From Ginkgo biloba (taxonomy: Eukaryota; Plantae; Ginkgophyta): DNA of 18,720 nucleotides. Of this stretch, positions 1-11,032 are shown piece after piece; position 1 is the stretch's first letter; each line of letters opens with the position of its first letter. A program made the position numbers and the translations under genes. Below the pieces are notes generated by a model. It was given only the letters and a program-made list of their open reading frames with translations. It made no database searches and had not been told where the DNA came from. Where the stretch lies: assembly GCA_024626585.2 (NCBI GenBank), contig JANKJI020000004.1:100234069-100252788 (forward strand). Reading direction: 5' to 3'.

Positions 1-148
1 GATATTCATGTTTATAATCAGATATAGGAGGAGAATATACAACATGTTAAAATAATACTTTAATTATTAAATAAGGAGAAACTTTAAGAGGTGAATACAT
101 GAGGGAATTGATCTACTTAGGCTTCAAGATAAATGGAGAAAGGTTGTT
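1..148 (+). mobile_element. Degenerate Ty3/gypsy reverse transcriptase fragment (region just after the YxDD motif), runs off the left edge
   Basis: Frame 1 reads DIHVYNQI*EENIQHVKIIL*LLNKEKL*. After a deletion or frameshift it reads GEYMRELIYLGFKINGERL. This matches the gypsy RT consensus (Y/F)xD-DILVYSxTxEEHLxHVxxVLxxLxxEKL...KCxFxxxELxYLGFxIS. Confidence 0.8.
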
Positions 149-599
149 TAATTATCATAACTTAATGCTTAACCTTTACTCTATTGAATTATACAATTAA
201 GTAAAATCACATTCAATGTTCCATCTATGGAACACACTTTATAATGTAAGTAAAAATTAACAATTATAATTGATGAACACAAACTCAATCATCATATGTC
301 ATCCAAAGATAACAAATAGAAAAGTATATATGATTGAAGTTCTTCTTTATCACCTCCAATCAAAGTATCTACAAAGACCACAAAGAATAAGATCATACAA
401 TAGTTGGCCTAACTCAAACCAATCCCTCCTTTATTCTATATGCTCTCACCTATGGTGAATATTTATAAATTATCACCTTTTTAGGTAGAAATTCCTGCCT
501 ATTTCCTTTCTATAATATTTCCTTTTCAAAATTTGAATATTCTTTACAAACTTTACTAGAAAAATTCAAAATAACTTAAAAAAAAAAAGCTGATGTACT

Positions 600-3500
600 T
601 TATACATTATCTAACCCTTTTCTCTTGGTTAATTCCATGTAATAAAAATTATTTGTCTGAATTGATGTCAAATTGTTTCTATTAAATTCAATACATGTGC
701 ATCCTCAACTTCTTATTTTTGAACCAATATGTGTGCATATTCTACATCCTTGTTATCAATCTAAATAACTTCTCTTTAAGGTCTATCTTGTAGTGATTCA
801 TGTTTTCATTATTGTATTTGAACACCCTATTCCTATGCTTATTCAATTTGTACCTAACTTTGTACATTTTCTTGTACATCCTTTTGAACTTATTTCTATC
901 CTTTTGAAATATCTACCTTATTAATTTGATTTGGATCATCCACCTTTCTTCTCTTTTCTTACGGTTCGCCATTGTCATTATTTTCTTATGATCCATATGC
1001 TTAAGTTTGCACACTAGCTTGCACCTCTATTTTTTTCTTTACACCTCATTTAGATACATTTTCTTCTTTTGAGTTAGTCCTCTTATTTATGGGTGTCCCT
1101 TAATCACCCTTATACTTTCCAAGAAATTCTCTAAGTCTATCGTTATTTGAGTCCTCCTTTTGACTCTTATTATGGCCTTCCTCCAACTACTTTTATTTTT
1201 ATTTCTTGGATATTTCAAGATCCTTTATTTTTATTTATTTCTAAAGTTTCTTATCTCTATGTAAGCTCTAAATCTCATTTCTTTATTCTAAGTGTTATTG
1301 TTTTGCACTCTTCTACATTGTAAATTGAAGATACCTTTTTATCTACAACTAAATCTCACTTATTGTCATAGTGTATTTTTCATCAGATTCATCATCTGAG
1401 TTATCTAATCCTCCACCCAAAGGTTGATTTTTATTTGATTCATGTATTTTCCCTTATTCTTCTTCTAATTCATCTCTAAAACCACGAACCACTTGAGACT
1501 CAATGGTCTACCTAGCCTCAATTTCCTTTAGTCTTATCTTGCCTTTAAGAGTTATCTCCCATGGTATATTTTCATATATACATTTTTTTGGATTACATGG
1601 ATTGTATGAATTCATTATATTGAATATTTATGGAATGGTAGGTACCCCTTTGTGGATTATACTACTGTCCAAACTATAAATATCCATAGTTATATTAATT
1701 AAGATTTTATGTATAANNNNNNNNNNNNNNNNNNNNNNNNNNNNNNNNNNNNNNNNNNNNNNNNNNNNNNNNNNNNNNNNNNNNNNNNNNNNNNNNNNNN
1801 NNNNNNNNNNNNNNNNNNNNNNNNNNNNNNNNNNNNNNNNNNNNNNNNNNNNNNNNNNNNNNNNNNNNNNNNNNNNNNNNNNNNNNNNNNNNNNNNNNNN
1901 NNNNNNNNNNNNNNNNNNNNNNNNNNNNNNNNNNNNNNNNNNNNNNNNNNNNNNNNNNNNNNNNNNNNNNNNNNNNNNNNNNNNNNAATTCCCCTTCTTA
2001 GTTAAAGCTCCTTGATTAATGTATCATATATATTAGAAACCTGAAAGTTTACATACTTTCCTTTTGGCTTCCACTCAAAGAAAAATTTCTTCAAACACCA
2101 AAGTTTTGGTATATATATCTATTTTATACTCCTATCTCCTTTAAAATATTATATTTTATTAATACCAAAGTTTTAAAAACTAATGAATGTTAGAAACATA
2201 GTCCTTATCTTTTGACTTGATGAATATCTTTATAACTTGTCTACAAAAAAATTGTGCCAACTTATATTCAATATATTTTAAATTTCATTATATAATACCC
2301 TTATCCAACTTGTTGGAATCTACACATCATTCACTAAGCGTAACATTATTATTATCCTAATTTCTCTTTCTTAAAATAACCTTCTTACAATTTCATTAAT
2401 AGGGAGCACTTTATCAATTACCTTCTCATGCTCTTTCATACCATTTTTTCTCAGCATCCAAATTTATCTTTTTACCTTCATTTAAGATGGAAAATATCTT
2501 ATAAATGGATTTTGCATCAAAATCCAAATATTCAATCATTGAATTTATCCTTCCAAGATGCACTACATAAATTATCTCCTTTAATAGATTTTTATATTAA
2601 ACAACCCGTGTAAATATCAATAAAATATGGAAATGATTTCTTTCAAACCATCCCTTAAGCTCTTCCTCTTTCTTTAAAAGATTTAGATCCTTTAAAGTTT
2701 TCACATCTACAACACTATATCCCTATCAACAGGGAGACACTGCATCATCAATATCAATTTTGGGAATTGATCTATGATATCTTCTCAAGCATTTATCCTC
2801 ACAATATGCATTGTTCTTTAGATATCTTCTCAAACCCTTATCACTTTTCAACTCCTTTTTTAACACATCCAAACTTCTCTTAATACTATATTAATATGAA
2901 GTTTAAACTCAATTTCCTTATCACACAATCGCCTTACATGGCCAATTATTACTATGGATCTCAAAACATATCTTAGCTCTTAGTTTTCATTATTAGATTT
3001 CTTGTAAATAAAGTATTTATTTATATTAATCTCAATTAAAAAAATAGCATTAATATCACCACACTATTCAAATATTTTTTTCTTCTATTCCCCTAAACTA
3101 TTTTTGAGAACTATGCATTTTAATCTAAACTAACATATATTTTCTTTATTACATGATTTTTATGAGTTTCAAGCTTTTCCACACTTTTCAAGCTTTATCA
3201 AATTACTATAACTTGTAGTTTTTTCACTTTCAGCGTAATATTTTTATCTCTTCGCAAGCTTTTGTTGGTTTCTTCTTTTTTGTGTCTCGTCATTACTTGT
3301 GATTCTTTTAAGACCTTTTAACCTATTGGGATGTTTTTCTCATTATTTATTTTCATGCATGGTGTCATATATTTATGACACTTAAATTACTCACTCTCTC
3401 ATTTATCATAATTTTTTTCTATATGGCATTGTCTTGCTATATTACACCTTTTTACTCGTCTTATGGACTTTTGCATTTTAGTGTTGTCTTGTAGATTATT

Positions 3501-3950
3501 CTTTATCCAAGATTTTCTAAATATATAAATATTCTTTATCCCTCTATAAGTTCATAAGAATCTTTGTTGCGTCTTTTTGACATTTTTTCCCTTTCATCTT
3601 AGGTGGCAAAAATGTTCATTCTTCTACACTTTACACAACCATTCATAAGATTATGACTTGCTTTATACTTTTCCAATGCTTCTAAATGGTGGAATCACTA
3701 TATGGCCCTTATATCTTTGATCTGAGATATTATTTCTTTATCATTCTTATGTTGTTTCCTTATTTAATTCCTGCATAAATTCTTATCATTTTATACATTC
3801 TGATATTTCTTCAAGACAATTCACCTTTTTGAGCTTATTGCTCATTATTACACTATGCTTTATTTGAAAACCATTCACTTTTCACATCTCTCCCATAACT
3901 TTTTCTCATTCTTTTACTTAAAATTTGAAGTCATGGAATAAGGATTTAAA
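600..3950 (-). pseudogene. Degenerate minus-strand coding region, probably the internal or accessory ORF(s) of a plant LTR retrotransposon
   Basis: Strong purine bias on the minus strand. From 2722 down to ~2425 there are ~100 codons with one stop (GYSVVDVKTLKDLNLLKKEEELKGWFERNHFHILLIFTRVV*YKNLLKEII...FDAKSIYKIFSILNEGKKINLDAEKKWYERA), then IPTSWIRVLYNEI*NILNISWHNFFVDKL. From 1700 to 1370: YENIPWEITLKGKIRLKEIEAR*TIESQVVRGFRDELEEE*...DNSDDESDE, followed by K/E/Q-rich sequence. Weak zinc-knuckle remnants near 3610-3640 (GCVKCRRMN) and 3425-3445 (NIARQC). Family is inferred. Confidence 0.45.
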
Positions 3951-4030
3951 TAGGCTACCTTATCGATTATAAAACTTGTTTTTTTCGGAGAGGAATATCA
4001 CTAGTAGGCGACCCGACTGGTAACCCTACG

Positions 4031-5595
4031 ATGAACCCTTACGGTGGGATTGGATACCTAGACCTATAATTTCCCCTGGACAGGATGGTAGGGCTTAGGG
4101 AACCGCTTTTTCACAAGCCCTAACAGACTTTGTCAGGCACTCTTTCAAACCTAAAGAAAATGCCAGGCTGAAAGTTAATGGTTGTTTCGAGAAGATGTCA
4201 GGACTCCCAGAGGTTGATTTCACACTTGAGGATATTGCAGAGGAGGTGGGACTTCTTNNNNNNNNNNNNNNNTACTCTTATTTTCTAGTTCATGGGTATC
4301 TGTCCAAAAAAAAAAAATCTCAGGGAGTGGACCGGGAAGAGCTGGAGAACTTTGGCTCCCTTTGAGTTGTTCCTTTGTGCCACAGGTAATTTCATAGTCA
4401 TATTCTCAGACCTAGGAGATAGATAAAAAATATTCGAAAGTGGGTCCTGTTTGCGAAATTGGGTGAGACTTTTCATGTAGCATTAGTCTCTGGGCTTCAA
4501 CCCACTGAGGAATTAGCGCCAGCGGCACCAGTTTGGGTGAGACTCCCCTTTCTCCCGTTGGAGTTTTGGGGCTCGAAGTAATTCGAGAAAATAGGAAACA
4601 TGCTAGGAACCTTGGTGCAGACCTCGAATATCACTAAACGGAGGAAGATGGCCTCCTACGCAAGAATATACATGAACATGAACATCCAAAATCCGATCCC
4701 TGAAGGTATTATCTTAAAAATTCAAGGAGGTCTGGACTAGACTCAAAACCTAGACTATAAAGGGATTCCTTTCCGTTGTAGGGGCTTCCAATCTTACGGA
4801 CACCTAAAAGAACTGCCCATCTAGCCCAAAATATCCTAAAGAAGGTAATGCTGACCGGGAAAAAATCTCACACTAGCCTGAGAAAACCCCAAACCCAAAG
4901 GGAGCTCTAAATTCCCTGAAACCTGCCAGGAAGGAGCCTTCTATTGTTCTGAAAAATAGATTTGACGGCTTGTTGGATGACTCTAAATCTGAGCCTCAAA
5001 CAAATCTAAGTGAAGGCCTAGCCTCTGACCCTCTTGAACCTATTAATCCAGGCCTTGCCGATGTTGAAGGCTCATTTTAGATGGTGGAATCCCAAACTCC
5101 AGGCATCCCCATCTCGAACTCTCAACCAAAAAGATCCTTGTTCCAAATAAAGTTGACCCTTATGTCACAACCCAATCTCCTAAAATATCAGGTCCCTCTC
5201 AATCCAATCCAACAAATATCCAAACCTCATCACATCTATTGGAACCCTAGGGGCATGTAGGCACCCTAGATTAGGATTTGGTGGTAGAGGTAGCAATATC
5301 AATGGACCTAGAATAAATCCCAATTATAAAAGTAAACAACTCTATAAACCTTTGAACTAGGTTCAAATAAAAGGACAATTAAAGTAAAGAATATCAGAAG
5401 GGGAAGTAGACTTTATTATCACCATAGAGTAGATCTCTGAGGGAATAATAGGCCAAAGTTATGAATATAGGATGAAGATCTAGAGGAAGACCCAACATGC
5501 ACTAGGAGATAGAACAATATGAAAAATACCTCTTATTGGAAGGGAAACAAACCTAACTAGGTTTTGAGGTAAGAAAACCACCAAACCCTTCCTAA
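4031..5595 (+). pseudogene. LINE ORF1 (DUF4283-type RRM region, CCHC zinc knuckle, low-complexity C-terminus), with stops and frameshifts
   Basis: Translates to FSQAL...LREWTGKSWRT...GNFIVIFSDLGDR*KIFESG...APVWVRLPFLPLEFWG..FEKIGNMLG...YARIYMNMNIQNPIPEGI...QNLDYKGIPFRCRGFQSYGHL. PVWVRLPxLPLxxW, IGxxLG, (Y/F)ARI and YExLPxxCxxCxxxGH are hallmark motifs of plant L1 ORF1. The C-terminus RGRP...GKQT ends at TAA 5593-5595. The start codon is tentative. Confidence 0.88.
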
Positions 5596-8236
5596 TGAAG
5601 TTGTTATCTTGGAACATTAGAGGCTTAGGGATAAAAGAAAAACAAGATGCCCTAAGTAGGAAAATAAAAAACTTAAAANNNNNNNNNNCCTTTATTAATA
5701 TTGATCTAGGAAACAAAGATGATTTCTAAAGATTTTTAAACCATTGCCCAAGGTATTTGGAGTGGTTGCATCTCCATTGTGGAGGATTCTAGAGGCCAAT
5801 TAGGGGGTCTAGCCATGCTCTAAGATTCAAATTTAGTGATAATGATATAATCTTAGTCTAATCCAAATTATATTACTATCTAAGTCATAGGAAATTTTGA
5901 AGGGATTATAATAAATGCTTATGGACCTACCATATCTATGCAAAAAAGAGTTTGGTGGGCCTCTTTGGGTGGGAACAAAACCTTTCATAGTGACTTGCCT
6001 TAGATAATAGGTGGAGACTTTAATACCACCCTTTTTGATTGGGAAAAAAAAGGAGGGAGCCTGGATGATCTAAGAGAAGGCACCTAATGAAAGACTTTAT
6101 GGAGGAGCATGCACTGTTAGATGCTAAAATAATGTCATCTCTTCACCTGGAATAATAGATATATAGGTAAGAACCTGGTGGTTGAAATACTGGACATTTT
6201 CATATTTAGTAAAAAAATATTATTCTAAAATACCTTAGTGGAGGCTGACAACATCCTAGGCACCTGCTAGGATCATTGGCCTATCCAACCCACTCTAGGA
6301 TAGTAGGACCATCCCAAGAATTACCCCTTTAAATGGGAAAAAATATGGATTAGCCACAAAGATTATAAGGGGATGGTCCAATATTGGTTGGAGGAAGGTA
6401 GACAAGTCAAAGGATCCAAAATGTTTAAGGTAATGAAATCCCTAATTTGAGACAAGAGGAACCTAAACATTTNNNNNNNNNNNNNNNNNNNNNGAGACAC
6501 CTTTGGGAACCTTTTTTCAACAAAATCTAATTTAGAGGAGAAAATAACAAAGATCCATGAATAAATTTGTGAAAATCCCACCTTGGTCTTCCTCTAAGAA
6601 GAAGCTAGGCTTAGATTGACTTTAGAGGATGTCCTCCGAAAGGAAGAGCTCTTTTAGAAATAGAAATCTAGGGTGTCATGGATAAAAGAGGGGGGACAAG
6701 AATACATGGTATTTCTATAAAATGACCTTAGCTAGGAGAAATTCCAACAACATTTCAAAACTAAAAGATCAAAACAATTAAGAAGTTAAAGGCGAAGGAA
6801 ACCTTCATAATTTGGCCATTCACAATTTTAGTCACCTCTTATAAGAACCAAACAGTGAAGGGGAGTTGGAATAAAATCTCATGCTAGCTAGGATTCCCAA
6901 ACCGATTACTCAAGAATAAAATGACATCCTCTTAAAACCCATCTCCACGTAAGAAGTGGATAAGGTGGGTTTTGGGATGAAGAAAGGAAATCTCCAAGAC
7001 CAGATGGATTCCCAGTGGAATTCTACTAAAATTATTGGGACTTCATTAAANNNNNNNNNNNNNNNNNNNNNNNNNTCCAAAAAATCAAAATGAATGTTAG
7101 GGTCTTGGAACTCAACATTGCTAGCCCTAATCTCAAAGGAAAAAAACCCAAAATTTTTAATAGATTTAGGATGATATCACTCTGCAACATTAGCTATAAA
7201 ATAGTAGCAAAAATTATAACAAATAAATTGAAATCCATCCTCCTAAGCCTCATTTCTAATGAATAAGGGGGATTAGTAGTAAGAAAATAAATAATTGACA
7301 AACATCCTTCTTTGCTAGGAAGCAATTCAGTCAACAAAAATAAGGAAAGAACTAGCAATGGTAGTCAAGCTAGATATGGAGAAGGCCTATAATAAAGTGA
7401 ATTGGCATTTCCTTCTTTAAGCCCTCAGGAAGTTCATTTTTAGCCCCAACTAGATATAAAGGATCAACGATTACNNNNNNNNNNNNNNNNNNNNNNNNNN
7501 NNNNNNNNNNNNNAAAAAAAGTCTTCGAGAGGGATTCTCTAGGGGTGCCCCCTATCCCTAAGTCTATACACCCTAGTGGCCAAAGACCTGGGTAGAGCGA
7601 TGAACACTTTCAAATCAGGAGGAGCAATAAAATGCATCCTTATATCACCAAGGGTCAAAAACTTGTCCCCACCTTTAGTTTCTAGACGATGTGCTATTCC
7701 TAAATGGGATAATCCAAAAGAAGAAGGTGGGATGGAAAAGGAACTCACTAATTTCCTCAAGACCTTAGGAGACTCTATAAACCCATCTAAATCCCAAGTT
7801 TATATGGTGGAAGGATCCCAAAGAGCCTTATTGAAGATATTCAAGATATTTAGTTTTGGAAAAGGTCTTTTCCCCTTAAACTACCTAGGGACACCAATAA
7901 CTTTAAGAAAATATAAAATAGGGGATTGGATGTGGCTGCTAAATAAGTTCAACCAATGCTTGAAAGGGTGGGGATGTAGATGGTTCTCCCTTGTTGGAAA
8001 AGTTCAATTCATTTAAGTTGGTCCTTTCTTCCATTCCTATCTTCACCTTCTCTATTTTGGATTCCCTAAAATCTATTCTAAACCTCTCAGAAAAAATAAT
8101 GAGGAATTTCCTCTAGAAAGGCACAAAAATGCAGAAAATTTTTAACTTAGTCAACTGGCAAGAACTTTTCTCCACCAAGGCTAAAGGTGGCTTAGGTATG
8201 AGGAGAATAGTCTTTCTCAATCAAGCCTTGGGAGCT
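5595..8236 (+). pseudogene. LINE ORF2: apurinic-type endonuclease plus reverse transcriptase, many stops and frameshifts
   Basis: ATG at 5595 gives MKLLSWNIRGLG. Endonuclease motifs follow: *ETK, INAYGP, IIGGDFN, FTWNNR, DHWPI, PFKWEKIW. Linker and RT motifs: KSRVSWIKEG, PDGFPVEFY, NSTLLALI, ISLCNISYKI, KLDMEKAYNKVNW, RGIL*GCPLS, HL*FLDD, NYLGTP, KAKGGLG. The ORF-track entries 7576-8016 and 8129-8407 are pieces of this. Confidence 0.93.
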
Positions 8237-9477
8237 NNNNNNNNNNNNNNNNNNNNNNNNNNNNNNNNNNNNNNNNNNNNNNNNNNNNNNNNNNNNNNNN
8301 NNNNNNNNNNNNNNNNNNNNNNNNNNNNNNNNNNNNCTGATGTTAGGGTCCTCGAACTCAACATTCCTAGCCCTAATCCTGAAAGAAAAAAACCCATAAA
8401 CTTTTAATAGATTCAGGGAAATATCACTATGCAATACTAGCTACAAAATAGTGGCAAATACACTGAAATCCATCCTCCCAAGCCTCATTTCTGATGAACA
8501 AGGGGGCATTATAGCAAAGAAATAAATAATTGACAACATCCTTCTCTACTAGGAAGCAATTCACTCGACAAAAACAAGGAAAGAAGCAATAATGGCAGTC
8601 AAGTTGGATATGGAGAAGCCCTGTGATAAAGTTAATTGCCATTTCCTTCTCCAATTCCTCAAGAAGTTTAGTTTTAGCCTCAACTAGATACAATGGATGA
8701 ACGATTGCATCTCGAACATACCCTTTGCAAGTTTTGGGCAATGGATCATAAAAAAAAAAATTAAGTCTTTGAGAGGGCTTCGCTAGGAGTGCCCCCTATC
8801 CCCATGTCTATACATCCTGGTGGTCGAAGCCCTAGGTAGAGCGATGAACGCTCTCAAATTAGGAGGAGAAATTAAAGGCATCCTTATATCATCAGGGGTC
8901 AAAAACCCGTCCCACCTTCAATTTGTAGATGATGTGTTATTCCTAAATGGGATCAATAAAAAAGTANNNNNNNNNNNNGACAAGGAATTCAATACTTCCC
9001 TCAAGGCCTTAGGCGGCTCTATAAACCCATCTAAATCCCAAAGTTTATATGGTGGAAGTATCCCAAAGAGCCTTATTGAAGATTTGTAAAATATTTGGTT
9101 TTGGAAAATGCATTTTCCCCTTGAACTAACTATGGACACCAATAGCTCCAAGAAAATAGAAAATAAGGGATTGGATGTGGCTGCGGTAAGTTCAACCAAC
9201 GCCTGGAAGGATGGGGGTGCAAATGGCTCTCCCTCGCTGGTAGAGTTCAACTCATCAAGTTGGTCCTAGCTTCCATTCCTATCTTTACCTACTCTATTTT
9301 CGCTGGCCCAAAAGCTATTTTGAACCTATTAGAAAAATTAATGAGCAATTTCCTCTAGAAAGGCCAAAAATAGAGAAAAAGTTTAACTTAGTCAACTAGC
9401 AGGAAGTTTGCTCCACCAAGGCAAACGGTGGCTTAGGTATGAGGAGCCTAGGCTTTCTCAATCAAGCCCTGAGAGAT
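7094..9477 (+). repeat. ~1.14 kb direct repeat (7094-8236 vs 8340-9477)
   Basis: Both copies start ATGTTAGGGTC..GAACTCAACATT and align through TCAAGCC.TG.GAG.T. A hand-aligned 60-nt sample (7561-7620) had 10 differences, 8 of them transitions. Confidence 0.92.
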
Positions 9478-9602
9478 AAACTTTATTGGAGACTCATTAT
9501 GGAGCAAAATATTGTTGGAATTATCCCCAAGCAAAGATCCCAAACCTAGTCCAAGCGCTCTCCAAAATAAGCATTTTGCAAAACATTCTTAGTCAACAAT
9601 GA
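8337..9602 (+). pseudogene. Second copy of the LINE ORF2 RT region (diverged direct duplicate of 7094-8236, extending slightly further 3')
   Basis: Motifs NSTFLALI, ISLCNTSYKI, EQGG, KLDMEK, RGLR*ECPLSP, SHLQFVDDVLF, GGLGMRSLGFLNQAL..KLYWRL. Bounded on both sides by 100-N gaps. Confidence 0.92.
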
Positions 9603-11032
9603 NNNNNNNNNNNNNNNNNNNNNNNNNNNNNNNNNNNNNNNNNNNNNNNNNNNNNNNNNNNNNNNNNNNNNNNNNNNNNNNNNNNNNNNNNNNNNNNNNN
9701 NNACATCCATAGAGAAGGAAGTTGGAACCTTTATGCATACAATAAGAGAGAAAGAACCAATAGTGTGAGAGAGTCTTTGTAGATAGAAAAACTCCACACC
9801 ATGATTAGAACTTGTGATTATTGTGTAAATATCTAGAGTTGCATCTCATGAATAGATCCATAGACAATTACGTATAATTTCCTGTTGCAAGAGAGTTTCT
9901 AATACTATTCTGGAGTCGTATTGCCCATGAGGGCTTCTCCAATTCAAAACTTTATAATTGTGTGAGGATTTTTATGTTTTCAATCTTTCTTTTACTCTTG
10001 TAGTTTTAGATTCAAGTGATAAGATTACANNNNNNNNNNNNNNNNNNNNNNNNNNNNNNNNNNNNTATTAAAATAAAATAAAATAAAGAATCCATAGTTA
10101 ATAACATTGGGATATTTTCACTCACCCACTGAAATATAGATCAATAACTACTAAAAAAAACTTAGACTAATACCAAGATAAAAATGATGCCAAATAGACC
10201 ACAAGCATGAGTTCACAACTAAAACTCAAAGGCCATAAGGTATTTACGCATAAATTTTACTAAACAAAGGACTAAATATAGGTTAAAAAGACTAAAAAAT
10301 TGAGTGAAAATCCTTTTGTAGAGTTAACCACCCTTATTACATGTGACCACAAGATAAACGATAAAAGGGATAGATTTTATGAAACTATTAAAGATTGTTT
10401 AATTTAATCATAAGCTTAGAAATAATAAAAATAATTTTAATTTTTTTTTAATTTTCAGTCGAATAACCTACGCGCGACATACACAGTGATCTCAATGGAC
10501 TACTCAAATTATTTTGGCTCTTAATTACTTGTTGATCATTGTAAAATCAATGCTATGTAGTTTTTGGAGGGTCACAACACTTCTATAAGAATCATAATAC
10601 ATGAAATATGTGTTCATGTGATCACCTCTTATGTCATCACGTACACCTCATAGGAATAACAACCTTAAAGATGGAGTCCATATGCACAATATCGTGAATA
10701 TCCAAAACCCCAATATTGAATCCCTCATAGTATAGTGAATGCATAGCTCCTCCATATACTTAGCTAAGTCACAATAAATAACATAATGAATGCACATGGT
10801 GGTTTTGGATCCCACCCATTTCTTAAAACCCTTTGTGGGCATATCATTAAACTTGATAATGGTTGTGTTAGAACCGATCTCCTACCCATAAACATACCCA
10901 TTCACCAATGAACACAATCTACCCACCACATCGCATGAGTCTAATATAGACATAATTGACAAATTATCGGTCAACTACAAGGAAATAGTGACAATTTTTT
11001 TTTTAAATAAGGATTCAAAATACCATTTTAGA

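Larger units (their letters stand above)
3980..8236 (+). mobile_element. L1-clade LINE (non-LTR retrotransposon), decayed, retaining the 5' region and ORF1; 3' end not visible
   Basis: Collinear ORF1 (RRM/DUF4283 plus zinc knuckle), APE endonuclease and RT motifs. GC content rises at ~3980 relative to the left flank. The 5' boundary is approximate. Confidence 0.93.

Noticed and set aside
600-3950. Endogenous caulimovirid (pararetrovirus)
   Set aside because: K/E-rich sequence and knuckle-like motifs prompted the idea, but no movement-protein, protease, RT or RNase H motifs were found.
4285-9250. Minus-strand ORFs within the LINE (4285, 5480, 6363, 7539, 8427, 8918)
   Set aside because: Antisense shadows of the plus-strand LINE frames, with no motifs of their own.
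10455-10480. Helitron 3' hairpin around GTCG...CGCGCGAC
   Set aside because: The stem is only 4 bp, and there is no CTRR terminus at the expected distance.
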